Source: Octopus bimaculoides (lineage: Eukaryota). Taken from it: 38,007 nt of DNA. The position numbers and the translations under genes were made by a program. Under the pieces are notes generated by a model. It worked only from the letters and a program-made list of their open reading frames with translations, was not told where the DNA came from and did no database searches. Positions 11,823 through 23,739 of the stretch are shown in pieces; position 1 is the first letter of the stretch; each line of letters opens with the position of its first letter. The DNA lies in assembly GCF_001194135.2 (NCBI RefSeq), contig NC_068994.1, positions 8,876,205-8,914,211 on the forward strand, written 5' to 3'.

Positions 11823-12589
11823 CAGTACTTTTAAGCTATTAAAAGGACAAAACATTTCAACGAACAAATCAAAAGCGTTACTCATTGAGTTTTTCTTTCT
11901 TCCTTTCGTTGTGTCGCTTGTTCTGTTGTTTTTTTTTNNNNNNNNNNNNNNNNNNNNNNNNNNNNNNNNNNNNNNNNNNNNNNNNNNNNNNNNNNNNNNN
12001 NNNNNNNNNNNNNNNNNNNNNNNNNNNNNNNNNNNNNNNNNNNNNNNNNNNNNNNNNNNNNNNNNNNNNNNNNNNNNNNNNNNNNNNNNNNNNNNNNNNN
12101 NNNNNNNNNNNNNNNNNNNNNNNNNNNNNNNNNNNNNNNNNNNNNNNNNNNNNNNNNNNNNNNNNNNNNNNNNNNNNNNNNNNNNNNNNNNNNNNNNNNN
12201 NNNNNNNNNNNNNNNNNNNNNNNNNNNNNNNNNNNNNNNNNNNNNNNNNNNNNNNNNNNNNNNNNNNNNNNNNNNNNNNNNNNNNNNNNNNNNNNNNNNN
12301 NNNNNNNNNNNNNNNNNNNNNNNNNNNNNNNNNNNNNNNNNNNNNNNNNNNNNNNNNNNNNNNNNNNNNNNNNNNNNNNNNNNNNNNNNNNNNNNNNNNN
12401 NNNNNNNNNNNNNNNNNNNNNNNNNNNNNNNNNNNNNNNNNNNNNNNNNNNNNNNNNNNNNNNNNNNNNNNNNNNNNNNNNNNNNNNNNNNNNNNNNNNN
12501 NNNNNNNNNNNNNNNNNNNNNNNNNNNNNNNNNNNNNNNNNNNNNNNNNNNNNNNNNNNNNNNNNNNNNNNNNNNNNNNNNNNNNNNNG

Positions 12590-12674
12590 CCACAAACAGC
12601 ACTCCCACCACCATCACCACCACCACCATCACCACCACTACCACCGCCACCACTACGACCATCACAACCAAATC

Positions 12675-12722
<48 letters not shown>

Positions 12723-12742
12723 GCTAGCTAGCTAGCTAGCTA

Positions 12743-12773
<31 letters not shown>

Positions 12774-12785
12774 TTCTATCAACTG
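12590..12785. repeat. Compound (CCA)n-(TATC)n-(TAGC)n-(TGTC)n microsatellite
   Basis: Read directly from the sequence. Confidence 0.9.
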
Positions 12786-12979
12786 CCTATACATCTCTAG
12801 AACAGACCTACAATTCAATTAATTATACGTTCATTCATAATTAAGATGTAACAGGATATTTGTCGATTCCGACTTATTGTTCTATTGTATTAGTGTTTGT
12901 GTGTGTTAAGATATATGTACGTATGTTTATATATATATATATATGTGTGTGTGTGTTTGTGTGTATGCATGTATGTGTG

Positions 12980-13037
<58 letters not shown>

Positions 13038-13379
13038 CATACACGTATTGTGTTCGCTATCTCTCACTGTATGTCATTATGTCTCTCTTCACATTTTGTG
13101 CTCCTCACTCTCACTCACACCCAATGTCATCGTGCTATCATAATCTCTCCCTCTATTCGCTCTTCAGCTCACCTCCCCTTCTCGCTGTCCCCCTCTCTCA
13201 GTCACTCTCTCCTTCTCTCTCTCTCTCTTTCTCAGTGCTGTTCTTTCAATCTCTCTCTCAATCTTTCTATCACTATTTCTGTCTTTCTCTTTCTCTATCG
13301 TTCTTTCTTATTCTAACATATAAATACTTTTCTCTTATCATTAGCGCATCTCTTTTTTCATCTACTTTCACTTTCGCTT

Positions 13380-14405
13380 TTTATTTTCTTCTTCTTCTTC
13401 ATATATATATTTTTCTTATTCTTCTTGGCTTTTGTCCTATGTCATTTCTTTTACTTGCTGTAATTTTCGTTTCTTTTTTTCTTCTTCATTTCTTAATTTC
13501 CTCTTCTCTTCCCATGTGCCTTATTTCTTGTTCTTCAGGTTCTTCAAGTTGCTTCTGTTGTTCTTCTTCTGCTGGTTGTTGCTGGTCTTCTTCTTCTTCT
13601 TCTTCGTCTTCTTCTTCTTCTTTTTCTTCTCCTTCTTCTTCTTCTTCTTCTTCTTCTTCTTCTCCTTCTTCTTCTTCTTCTTCTTCTTCGTCATCGTCGT
13701 CGTCGTGGTCTTCTTTTTCTTCCTTTTCCTCTTCTCTTCCTCCCCTTTTCCACTTCTTCTTTTTCTTCTTCTTCTTCTTCTTTTTCTTCTTCTTTTCCTC
13801 CTCTTCTTTTCCTCCTCTTCTTTTTCTTTTTCTTCTTTCTTCTCCTCTTCTACTTTTCCTCCTCCTATTCTTCCTCTTCTTCTTTTTCTTCTTCTTCTTC
13901 TTCTTCTTTTCCTCCTCTTCTTTTCCTCCTTTTTCTTTTTCTTCTTCCTTCTCCTCTTCTACTTTTCCTCCTCCTATTCTTCCTCTTCTTCTTCTTCTTC
14001 TTCTTCTTCTTCTTCTTCTTCTTCCTTCTCCTCTTCTACTTTTTCTTCTTCTTCTTCTACTTTTTCTTCTTCTTCTTCTTCTTTTTCTTCTTCCTTCTCC
14101 TCTTCTACTTTTTCTTCTTCTTCTTAATCCTCCTCTTCTTCTTCTTCTTCTTCTTCTTCTTCTTCTTCTTCTTCTGTTCCTTCTCCTTCTCTTCCTTCTC
14201 CATTTCTTTTTCCTCCTTTTCTTCTTCTTCTTCTTCTTCTTCTTCTTGTTCTTCTTGTTCTTCTTTTTCTTCTTCTTCTTCTTCTTCTTCTTCTTCTTCT
14301 TCTTCTCCTTCTTCTGCTTCTCCCTTCCTTCTTTCCTTCCTTCCTTCCTTCCTTCCTTCCTTCCTTCCTTCCTTCCTTCCTAATCTTCTTCTCCTCTTTT
14401 CTCTT
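13380..14405. repeat. About 1 kb polypyrimidine tract of (TTC)n variants ending in (TTCC)n
   Basis: Almost exclusively T and C from about 13700 to 14400. Confidence 0.95.
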
Positions 14406-14698
14406 GTTGCATTTGTTTAGCGCTAATTTTCCTTGCAATGCATCTTGATGTACAACCGTCGTTGTTGAAAGCTGCCGCTGTTACGACTCCTACGGCGTTT
14501 CATCAGATATGTGTCTGTGTGTACGTCTGATATCGTATGGGCAATTAACGATACATATAGGCGTAAGTGCTGAAAGGGATGACAGCATATAACATACAGA
14601 GCTTGCTTAATGCACATGCATAAACGGCATTGAATACCTAACAGCTTATGTGTGAATGCATATGCATAAGAATGCATATGTATACATTTACGGTGTGT

Positions 14699-14745
<47 letters not shown>

Positions 14746-14759
14746 GACTTATATAATGA

Positions 14760-14930
14760 AGGCACGTAGCTTAGTGGCTAGGGTATTTGACTCACGATTG
14801 TAAGGTCGTGAGTTCAATTCCCGGTGACGCGTTGTGTCCTTCAGCAAGACACTTTATTTCACGTTGCTGCAGTCTACTCAACCGGTAAAAATAAGTAGTA
14901 CCTGTATTTCAAAGGGGCCAGCCTTGTCAC
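14760..14930 (+). mobile_element. SINE family D with clear tRNA-like head, truncated by a gap
   Basis: A-box-like TAGCTTAGTGG and B-box-like GAGTTCAATTCCC, followed by gttgtgtccttcagcaagacact, which resembles the CORE-type cctTGGGCAAG motif. A homologous copy lies at 21277. Confidence 0.85.
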
Positions 14931-15328
14931 NNNNNNNNNNNNNNNNNNNNNNNNNNNNNNNNNNNNNNNNNNNNNNNNNNNNNNNNNNNNNNNNNNNNNN
15001 NNNNNNNNNNNNNNNNNNNNNNNNNNNNNNNNNNNNNNNNNNNNNNNNNNNNNNNNNNNNNNNNNNNNNNNNNNNNNNNNNNNNNNNNNNNNNNNNNNNN
15101 NNNNNNNNNNNNNNNNNNNNNNNNNNNNNNNNNNNNNNNNNNNNNNNNNNNNNNNNNNNNNNNNNNNNNNNNNNNNNNNNNNNNNNNNNNNNNNNNNNNN
15201 NNNNNNNNNNNNNNNNNNNNNNNNNNNNNNNNNNNNNNNNNNNNNNNNNNNNNNNNNNNNNNNNNNNNNNNNNNNNNNNNNNNNNNNNNNNNNNNNNNNN
15301 NNNNNNNNNTATATATATAAATAAATAA

Positions 15329-15494
15329 AGGCGTAGGAGTGGCTGTGTGGTAAGTAGGTTGCTTACCAACCACATGGTTCTGGGCTCAGTTCCACTGCGT
15401 GGCACCTTGGGCAAGTGTTTTCTATTATAGCCTCGGGCCGACGAAAGCATTGTGAGTGGATTTGGTAGAGGGGAAACTGAAAGAAGCTCGTCGT
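15329..15494 (+). mobile_element. SINE family AB head (well preserved)
   Basis: ggcgtaggagtggctgtgtggtaagtaggttgcttaccaaccacatggttctgggctcagttccactgcgtggcaccttgggcaagtg...gaaactgaaagaagctcgtcg is nearly colinear with 33256-33419. Confidence 0.9.
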
Positions 15495-15969
15495 ATGTAT
15501 GCATGTATTATTATTATTATTATTTTTATATATATGTGTGTGTGTGTGTGTGTTACTACTGTTCCTACTCCTCCTCCTCCTCCTCCTACTACTGTTGCAA
15601 TCTCTGTTAACGTCCCTCTCCCGGAACAGCGTCATCATTGTAGTATCACCATCATCATCATCATCATATCCATCGTAATCATATTCATTTTTATATCGTT
15701 ATCATCATTATCATCATCGTAAAACCCAGTTACCTTTGCCATTGTTCTGGATCATGCTACACACGTCCAATATTTTTCAATGATTTCCGGTATTCTACTG
15801 AAGATCAAACACTTTCAAACGATTTCAATCCCTTACAATTTTTCACATTTTTATACACGTTTCTAAATGTTTTGCTTTCTCAACTTACCCCGCCCCTTTC
15901 ACTTCCTCGAGCCCATCTTTAGCCCTTTATTATATTTTATAGCTTGTTGCTGTGAAAGCTGATATTGTA

Positions 15970-16023
15970 TCTTCTTCTTCTTCTTCTTCTTCTTCTTCTT
16001 CTTCTTCTTCTTCTTCTTCTTCC
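15970..16023. repeat. (TTC)n microsatellite
   Basis: Read directly from the sequence. Confidence 0.95.
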
Positions 16024-16075
16024 TGTTTCTTTCCCAAATTATCTCAACTGATCAGCGCTAGTTATCGATTGCGTA

Positions 16076-16106
<31 letters not shown>

Positions 16107-16529
16107 NNNNNNNNNNNNNNNNNNNNNNNNNNNNNNNNNNNNNNNNNNNNNNNNNNNNNNNNNNNNNNNNNNNNNNNNNNNNNNNNNNNNNNNNNNNNNN
16201 NNNNNNNNNNNNNNNNNNNNNNNNNNNNNNNNNNNNNNNNNNNNNNNNNNNNNNNNNNNNNNNNNNNNNNNNNNNNNNNNNNNNNNNNNNNNNNNNNNNN
16301 NNNNNNNNNNNNNNNNNNNNNNNNNNNNNNNNNNNNNNNNNNNNNNNNNTATATATATACGCACACGCACACATACGCAGACACACATCCACGAACACAT
16401 GTACACAGACACAGACACACACGCACATATAGACATATATATATATATGCGTACCGAGACACGCATCATTTATTACATCATTCTTCTAATTTTGTATTTT
16501 TGTGCTTATTGCCTTCAACAATGTGACAA

Positions 16530-16560
<31 letters not shown>

Positions 16561-16720
16561 GAGTGTGTGTGTGTGTTTGTTGTCGACATGTGCGTTTCTG
16601 TATATGTGTGTGTGTGTGTCTTGCTTGCACTGCTTTCAGTTTCGTTCATTTTAGTTTTTTTTTTTCTTTGCTTTTCTTTTCATCTCATCTTTTTGAGATA
16701 TTATCTTTTTGAATGTTCAG

Positions 16721-16808
16721 TATCAGACAGAACAGAGATCAACAACTTCAATGGAAACAACACGTGGAAACACCTCTACAGCCGGTCGATAGACCGTTTT
16801 ACGAGTCT
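16721..16808 (+). CDS. Candidate 88-nt internal exon (phase 1 in, phase 2 out), product unidentified
   Basis: Long pyrimidine tract 16620-16710, then gttcag|TATCAG...AGTCT|gtaatt. The open frame reads (V)SDRTEINNFNGNNTWKHLYSRSIDRFTS(L) with C-rich third positions. Confidence 0.3.
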
Positions 16809-17056
16809 GTAATTTTGAAAACGTGCATTTGTTTAAATATATTTTGTTTTCTATTTTTTTGTTAGAGGATTTCCGGATTATTTTCTCTCCGTCTTTCTCT
16901 GTCACTCTTTCTGTGTATGTATCTGCCTCTCATTCCTTCAATCTCACTTTCTTTCTCCGTTTTTCTTTCCTTCTATCCGTCTGTCACTCTTCGTTCGTCT
17001 CACATATATTTTTTTCCATTTATATCTTTATTCCTGTTTCATTTTGTTTTCTCTAG

Positions 17057-17064
17057 CATCAAAG
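17057..17064 (+). CDS. Candidate 8-nt micro-exon CATCAAAG
   Basis: About 220 nt of T/C-rich sequence ending ttttgttttctctag|CATCAAAG|gtaggc. It would join the 16721-16808 candidate in frame (TS-L-I-K). Confidence 0.25.
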
Positions 17065-17663
17065 GTAGGCTTCAGCCTTTAACCTATTCCGCCGCTGTTA
17101 CTGACCCTTGCGACATGTTCTTTTTGTTTCCGTACCAGTTTATTTAGGAGCATCATAATATTAAACAGTTCCAAAGAATTTTTCAAAGAGAAATTTTTTT
17201 ATCTTTTTGCATCTGTTTTTCTGCTCTTCTTATTTTATTTCGTCTCGGCCAGACTCAAAGATATTTCATGTTCCATACGTCTACTATACATCACAAACTT
17301 GTCTATGCGTTGATGTTTGCAAGTTCTTTCATCATCATTATTATTATTATTATCATTTTCTGGATATGCTATCAATGTACTGCGGTCGAGTATATGCACG
17401 ACATCTATAAGGAAGTTTCTTGTCGATATATCGACCCCCGCAGCTTATTTGCATGAGTGATAAGAATGTTATCAATCTTTAAGTCGTACGACAAATTTAT
17501 GCTGCATAAATGAACCCAACAAGAACAAAACTCCATGGTCGTAGATCAGCAAAAAAGCAATATCACGCATATACACATGCATACATAAACCGATATATAT
17601 TGCGACATGCGCGCATACATTTATACAAACACTGGCATAGACACGCTCATATGTCTGTTCGTA

Positions 17664-17702
<39 letters not shown>

Positions 17703-17705
17703 ACG

Positions 17706-17744
<39 letters not shown>

Positions 17745-18029
17745 NNNNNNNNNNNNNNNNNNNNNNNNNNNNNNNNNNNNNNNNNNNNNNNNNNNNNNNN
17801 NNNNNNNNNNNNNNNNNNNNNNNNNNNNNNNNNNNNNNNNNNNNNNNNNNNNNNNNNNNNNNNNNNNNNNNNNNNNNNNNNNNNNNNNNNNNNNNNNNNN
17901 NNNNNNNNNNNNNNNNNNNNNNNNNNNNNNNNNNNNNNNNNNNNNNNNNNNNNNNNNNNNNNNNNNNNNNNNNNNNNNNNNNNNNNNNNNNNNNNNNNNN
18001 NNNNNNNNNNNNNNNNNNNNNNNNNNNNN

Positions 18030-18068
<39 letters not shown>

Positions 18069-18069
18069 C

Positions 18070-18145
18070 CAACACAAAAGTTCGACTACACCCTTCATGG
18101 CTTCAACATAGCCGCTGTCCAATGAGTGAAACAAATAAAAGATAA
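18070..18145 (+). mobile_element. SINE family AB, degenerate 3' end
   Basis: gttcgactacacccttcatggcttcaacatagccgctgtccaatgagtgaaacaaataaaaga. Confidence 0.65.
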
Positions 18146-18419
18146 ACGATCTTATAATATATATGTCTTTTCTAAGATGTTTCTGTATGTTAGTATGCGT
18201 GTATATATATGTGCATTGTTATGTATATATACATGAGTGGGCACTTCGTAGTTGCCATATTCTACAATATATGCCAATCATAATGTATTAGGAAATATGC
18301 AATTTTTCAGTAGTTTTAGTCATCGACTTTCTGCAACAGAACATTGTTGTTATCGTGCATCTTAGCATAATTTGCATCCAATGAATGATGAATGAAAGAA
18401 TAATAAACTAACAGATTCT

Positions 18420-18500
18420 GATTTAAGGACACGGCTAGCAAATTTAAGGTGAGGTAATAAAATGTTACTTTATTTTATCGATCGCGAAAGGATGAAAGGG
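18420..18500 (-). mobile_element. SINE family C fragment (degenerate)
   Basis: tttattttatcgatcgcgaaaggatgaaaggg resembles 31138-31170. Confidence 0.5.
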
Positions 18501-18982
18501 AAGGAACAAGAAATTGTTATATTTGTGAAGATTCATAATGAATAAAGTCTATATATTCACTTTTATCTCTTTAGTTAGTACACGAGCTCACATACTTACT
18601 ATAGAAATGTAGTAACAGTAAAATTTGTTGAAAAGAAGCAGGCAAAATAGAAACAAGAATTTGATAGAAAAGATATACACCCATGGAGAATGCTGCAGAC
18701 TGGTGTTGTGGAACATATATTGAGGGACATAAGTATACATCAATGGCTATAGAAAGTGAAAAAAGAAGTGAACTATAGCTAAACATCAACTGACGAGTGT
18801 GTTAAATATGGCTCTTAACAAATATATCAATATTGATTTCAACACAATCTTTCAGATCAATATGAATGAAAACAAATGAGATTAAAAAAAAAAAGAAGAA
18901 AAATCTTAATGTTAAATTCATAAATTACAAAACAAGTAGATCTGAAAGTACAATTTTTTTTATTAAGTTTCATATTCTTGTG

Positions 18983-19320
18983 GTTGCTGTTGATGTTTAA
19001 CCTATTACGAACACTGATCGAGAAGAAATAAGATCAAAGACGTTCCAATCATGAACGTCCTATCTGTTTATGTGAATCTAGAACTATATTAGTTAATACG
19101 TTTGATGTCTTTTCGATAGATTTTCCTACGATTTCAATCAGATCAATTGTTCGTATAGTTGCACTATTAATGACTCGTTTTATTATTTACGTCGTTCCAT
19201 TCATGGCTATTTCATATTTCATAAGTATCTAGGACTACTTTATAAAACATGTTATGCCTTCGTTTCAGATAGTAGGCTGTAGTTTGGGAGAAGTTTAACC
19301 GATATTTCTGGCAGGCGATT
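18983..19320 (+). repeat. Dispersed repeat family E (degenerate copy)
   Basis: ctgatcgagaagaaataagatcaaagacgttcca and gtttgggagaagtttaaccgatatttctggcagg resemble the reverse complement of 30765-30960 and the copy at 31322-31510. Confidence 0.5.
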
Positions 19321-19515
19321 GAAAGAACCATATAGAGATTTCACTTTTGGGTCTTTTTGGCTGGATTATGTAGCAGGAAATGATGTAGTACTTAGAATCT
19401 CTGGAATCATAAGAGTTCAAAAGCTAAGATACGATGCAAAAAACATCATATGATTCTTATACATACGTCATATGATTCTTCGACAAACATCATATGATTC
19501 TTATACATACCTCAG

Positions 19516-19551
19516 AATATACCCCGTGTGGATAATACAAATAAATTCCAA
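19516..19551 (+). CDS. Candidate 36-nt exon (phase 0 NIPRVDNTNKFQ)
   Basis: acctcag|AATAT...TCCAA|gtgagt. The donor is strong, the acceptor moderate, and the length is divisible by 3. Confidence 0.25.
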
Positions 19552-19572
19552 GTGAGTGCGCGACAATAGAAT

Positions 19573-19935
19573 CAGTCGTTTTTCAAACTGTCAGCAATAT
19601 ACAACAATGGTGTCCAACCGTTTTGAAATTTATGGAGCATGGCAGCTCTAATTAAAAATAAATAAATAAATACAAGTAAATATCAATTGGAAAATTATAA
19701 AATAAAACAGTTTTCAATTTTAAAAGTTAGTAAAAAATAAACAAATCTATTACAAACCTTATTTCATGAATCACAATTCAGTATAACTAAATTATAAACA
19801 TGTTTTTCAAGACGTTAAAAAGTTGTATAGATTTTCTAAACAGATAAATTATATGTATTTTTTAACTCCAAGAAATACCTAGCGATCCCTTACAGTGCAG
19901 CGTTTCTCTGTAGTGAACGACATGAGAAACTGCTG
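19573..19935. mobile_element. Possible old hAT-type MITE
   Basis: CAGTCGTTTTTCA at 19573 matches the reverse complement of TGAGAAACTGCTG at 19923-19935 at 10 of 13 positions, and the interior is AT-rich. No 8-bp TSD is visible. Confidence 0.25.
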
Positions 19936-20149
19936 CTGTAAGGCATTGTTGTAAATCGCTAGTAAATCATGGTAGGTAGATCTTAATATCAATAGCTAAC
20001 AATGGAAGAACTGTGATATTTACGATAGCGCTCCGACTTTTATTTTACTGAATAGAGAATTACACACATTATCGACTCCGTTGACTGAAAAGTGTGAGTG
20101 TGTGAGTATGTATGTATGTGCAGGTATGTGTGTATGAGTATGGGTAGGG

Positions 20150-20258
20150 GAGGAGGGGAGTAGATGGGAGAGGTGGGGGAAGTGAAACATTGTTGCTCTT
20201 GATGAGTGAGAGATAGATAGAGGGTGGGGAGATATAAACTGGAGATGGAAAGAAGGAA

Positions 20259-20302
<44 letters not shown>

Positions 20303-20460
20303 AGTAAAGAAATATAGACAAGGGACTGTAGGAAGGGAGATGAAAAGAAAAAGGTTTTGGTAGAGAGAGAGAGAGATAAACAAATAGAGAGTTAGAATGA
20401 TAAACAGACAGATAGATAGATAGATAAATAGATGATAGATAGAGAGATATATATTTATAT

Positions 20461-20508
<48 letters not shown>

Positions 20509-20602
20509 GAGAGAGAGAGAGAGAGANNNNNNNNNNNNNNNNNNNNNNNNNNNNNNNNNNNNNNNNNNNNNNNNNNNNNNNNNNNNNNNNNNNNNNNNNN
20601 NN

Positions 20603-20664
<62 letters not shown>

Positions 20665-20665
20665 A
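20150..20665. repeat. GA-rich tract with (GA)n, (GATA)n and (TA)n, containing the gap 20527-20601
   Basis: Read directly from the sequence. Confidence 0.9.
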
Positions 20666-21276
20666 TAGTAAGATGGGCTTGGTTAGAAATGTTAGGAATA
20701 AAGAAAAACGTGAAACTAAATCCTTCGAAAGTAAAAGATCATGTTCTCTTATTGGATGATAATGCAACATTCCAACCATACAGTATTTCTCATTCATTTT
20801 CGAACGCTAAACACACAGACACACACAGACAGACAGACACACACTTTAATACACGCATGTACTGATACACGCAAAAGTACATACACTTTCCACAGATGCT
20901 CACAGACAAACGAATATAGACATGAAAACGTATTTAGTAATTAATTAAATACAGCGATTCGTGACACATAGCCATTCGTTTCGCCAAGAAGGAAATTGTT
21001 TGAAGATTGCGTGTGTGAGTGTGTGTGTGAGTGTGTGTGTGAGTGTGAGTGTGTGTGAATGTTCGTGTGTGAGTGAGTGTGAATGTCTGTTGGCTGGGAT
21101 GTGTATTTGGTAATATCAATGTTTGTATTCATTCTTTTATGCTTCATGAGATTCTGTAATGATTATGTACATATATGTAAGTGTGCATGTGTGCATATAT
21201 GTGTGTGTGTGTGTGTCTGTTTGTACACATGGACAAGTATGCAAATATATTGTTATTCAAGAAGTGTTTGTGTAGA

Positions 21277-21385
21277 GGCATGGCTTAGCGGCTAGGGTGT
21301 TGCACTCATAGTCATATGATTATAGGTACGACACCGGGACCGGGCGACGCGTCGCGTTTCTCGAGCAAAACACTTCATTTGTCGT
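21277..21385 (+). mobile_element. SINE family D head (diverged)
   Basis: ggcatggcttagcggctagggtgttgcactcata...gacgcgtcgcgtttctcgagcaaaacacttcattt aligns with 14760-14860. Confidence 0.7.
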
Positions 21386-22653
21386 CACTCAAGCCTCCTG
21401 AGCCTTTTAAATATTAATAATCCCGTGATGGACCCTCACTCCATCTACCGGGGAGTATATACGTAAGAGAATCCGGGAAATTTGAATATACTTTATAGCA
21501 TATTATGGCTGCATAACACCATATGAAAGACAAAGAATGAAAAAAAACCCGGAAAGAATGAAAGGCATATATATATANNNNNNNNNNNNNNNNNNNNNNN
21601 NNNNNNNNNNNNNNNNNNNNNNNNNNNNNNNNNNNNNNNNNNNNNNNNNNNNNNNNNNNNNNNNNNNNNNNNNNNNNNNNNNNNNNNNNNNNNNNNNNNN
21701 NNNNNNNNNNNNNNNNNNNNNNNNNNNNNNNNNNNNNNNNNNNNNNNNNNNNNNNNNNNNNNNNNNNNNNNNNNNNNNNNNNNNNNNNNNNNNNNNNNNN
21801 NNNNNNNNNNNNNNNNNNNNNNNNNNNNNNNNNNNNNNNNNNNNNNNNNNNNNNNNNNNNNNNNNNNNNNNNNNNNNNNNNNNNNNNNNNNNNNNNNNNN
21901 NNNNNNNNNNNNNNNNNNNNNNNNNNNNNNNNNNNNNNNNNNNNNNNNNNNNNNNNNNNNNNNNNNNNNNNNNNNNNNNNNNNNNNNNNNNNNNNNNNNN
22001 NNNNNNNNNNNNNNNNNNNNNNNNNNNNNNNNNNNNNNNNNNNNNNNNNNNNNNNNNNNNNNNNNNNNNNNNNNNNNNNNNNNNNNNNNNNNNNNNNNNN
22101 NNNNNNNNNNNNNNNNNNNNNNNNNNNNNNNNNNNNNNNNNNNNNNNNNNNNNNNNNNNNNNNNNNNNNNNNNNNNNNNNNNNNNNNNNNNNNTTTTTTT
22201 TTTTTTTTTTTTTGAAAGTGGGTTTCTATAACAATGAGGAAAAAGGTTAAAGGAATAAGAGTATTACATATAGTAAAAACTAGATTGCAACTAGAGATTA
22301 CGGGGTAAAAATAGAAAATCTTGAAAATAACAAAGAGTTGGAAAAAAGAATTGCCAAAAAATTTAAAATATCAATCTTGAACGAAGCGAAGGTTTGAAAA
22401 TATGGTGGTTAACCTTTGGAATCTTAGTGCAATGATTTGAATACATAACTAGATACCCACGTGCATATGTGTGCGTGTATGTGGGTGTATGTGTACGTGT
22501 GTGTGTGCATGTATGTATGTATGTATGTATGCATGTATGCATGCGTATATGTATGAGTGTGGTGGATGCAGATACGTAGTTTGGGAGGTATTTAAATAGA
22601 TATGAACACGCATATATATTTAGATAAATATGCAAACATACAACCACTAAAAC

Positions 22654-22699
<46 letters not shown>

Positions 22700-22783
22700 A
22701 TATATGTATATTTACATACATACATACCCACATATATGCACACACACACGCACATACACACACACACACACACATATACTAAC

Positions 22784-22816
<33 letters not shown>

Positions 22817-22818
<2 letters not shown>

Positions 22819-23345
22819 CATAAATATACAGGGATTAGCATTGAGTTGCTTCTCCAACATACTGAAAATTTAGAAATAGCAGTCAAAGAACTACTGATTC
22901 TAAACTACAAATTTTTCTCTAAACGGATGGCGATATTTATGGCACACATAGAACAACAAACCGGAGGGAAAAGCGTAAACAAAACAAGTCTTTAGTTAAT
23001 TGGATACGAATCGTTTCATGGTTAAGCGAATGAAAATTTCACTATTCCAATCTTCAGCNNNNNNNNNNNNNNNNNNNNNNNNNNNNNNNNNNNNNNNNNN
23101 NNNNNNNNNNNNNNNNNNNNNNNNNNNNNNNNNNNNNNNNNNNNNNNNNNNNNNNNNNNNNNNNNNNNNNNNNNNNNNNNNNNNNNNNNNNNNNNNNNNN
23201 NNNNNNNNNNNNNNNNNNNNNNNNNNNNNNNNNNNNNNNNTAGAGAAAAATTTGTAGTTTAGAATCAGTAGTTCTTTGACTGCTATTTCTAAATTTTCAG
23301 TATGTTGGAGAAGCAACTCAATGCTAATCCCTGTATATTTATGAT
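22817..23345. repeat. Perfect 105-bp inverted repeat (22817-22921 and 23241-23345) around the gap 23059-23240
   Basis: Base-by-base reverse-complement identity. The right arm starts exactly at the gap edge. Confidence 0.95.
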
Positions 23346-23449
23346 GATAAATGGTTTTACCGATAAAGGTTTTTTCATACTGAACTACTTGGCAAAATTG
23401 TTAATTATTAATTCTATTATTAATTGACGATTCCCTGCCCTTATTCTTG

Positions 23450-23497
<48 letters not shown>

Positions 23498-23505
23498 CAT
23501 GTATA

Positions 23506-23644
23506 AAGGCGCAGGAGTGGTTGTGTGGTAAGAAGCATCCTTCCCGACCAAATGGTTCCAGGTTCAGTCCCACTGCGTGAAACCTTGGGCAAGTGTTTTC
23601 GACTAAAGGTAATGCTCCAGCATGGACGCATTCAAATGACTGAA
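23506..23644 (+). mobile_element. SINE family AB, internally deleted (head fused to tail)
   Basis: ...aaccttgggcaagtgttttc joined to gactaaaggtaatgctccagcatggacgcattcaaatgactgaa, with the junction near 23598. Confidence 0.85.
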
Positions 23645-23739
23645 GCATTTGGAGACTCACTTTCACACGTATTTGCATAGACACACATAAACATGCACTA
23701 ACGTATACGTACATAAATATCATAAGACTTCGAAGGCAG

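Noticed and set aside
14421-14510. Frame ALIFLAMHLDVQ resembling the cytochrome P450 post-I-helix
   Set aside because: The similarity does not extend and no other P450 motifs are present.
14760-14825. Functional tRNA gene
   Set aside because: No complete cloverleaf or acceptor stem, and it continues into a SINE body with a homologous diverged copy at 21277.
15734-15797. Minus-strand 64-nt segment with a good acceptor and AAG|GTAACT donor
   Set aside because: All three frames contain stops. It could only be a UTR or start exon, and nothing else supports it.
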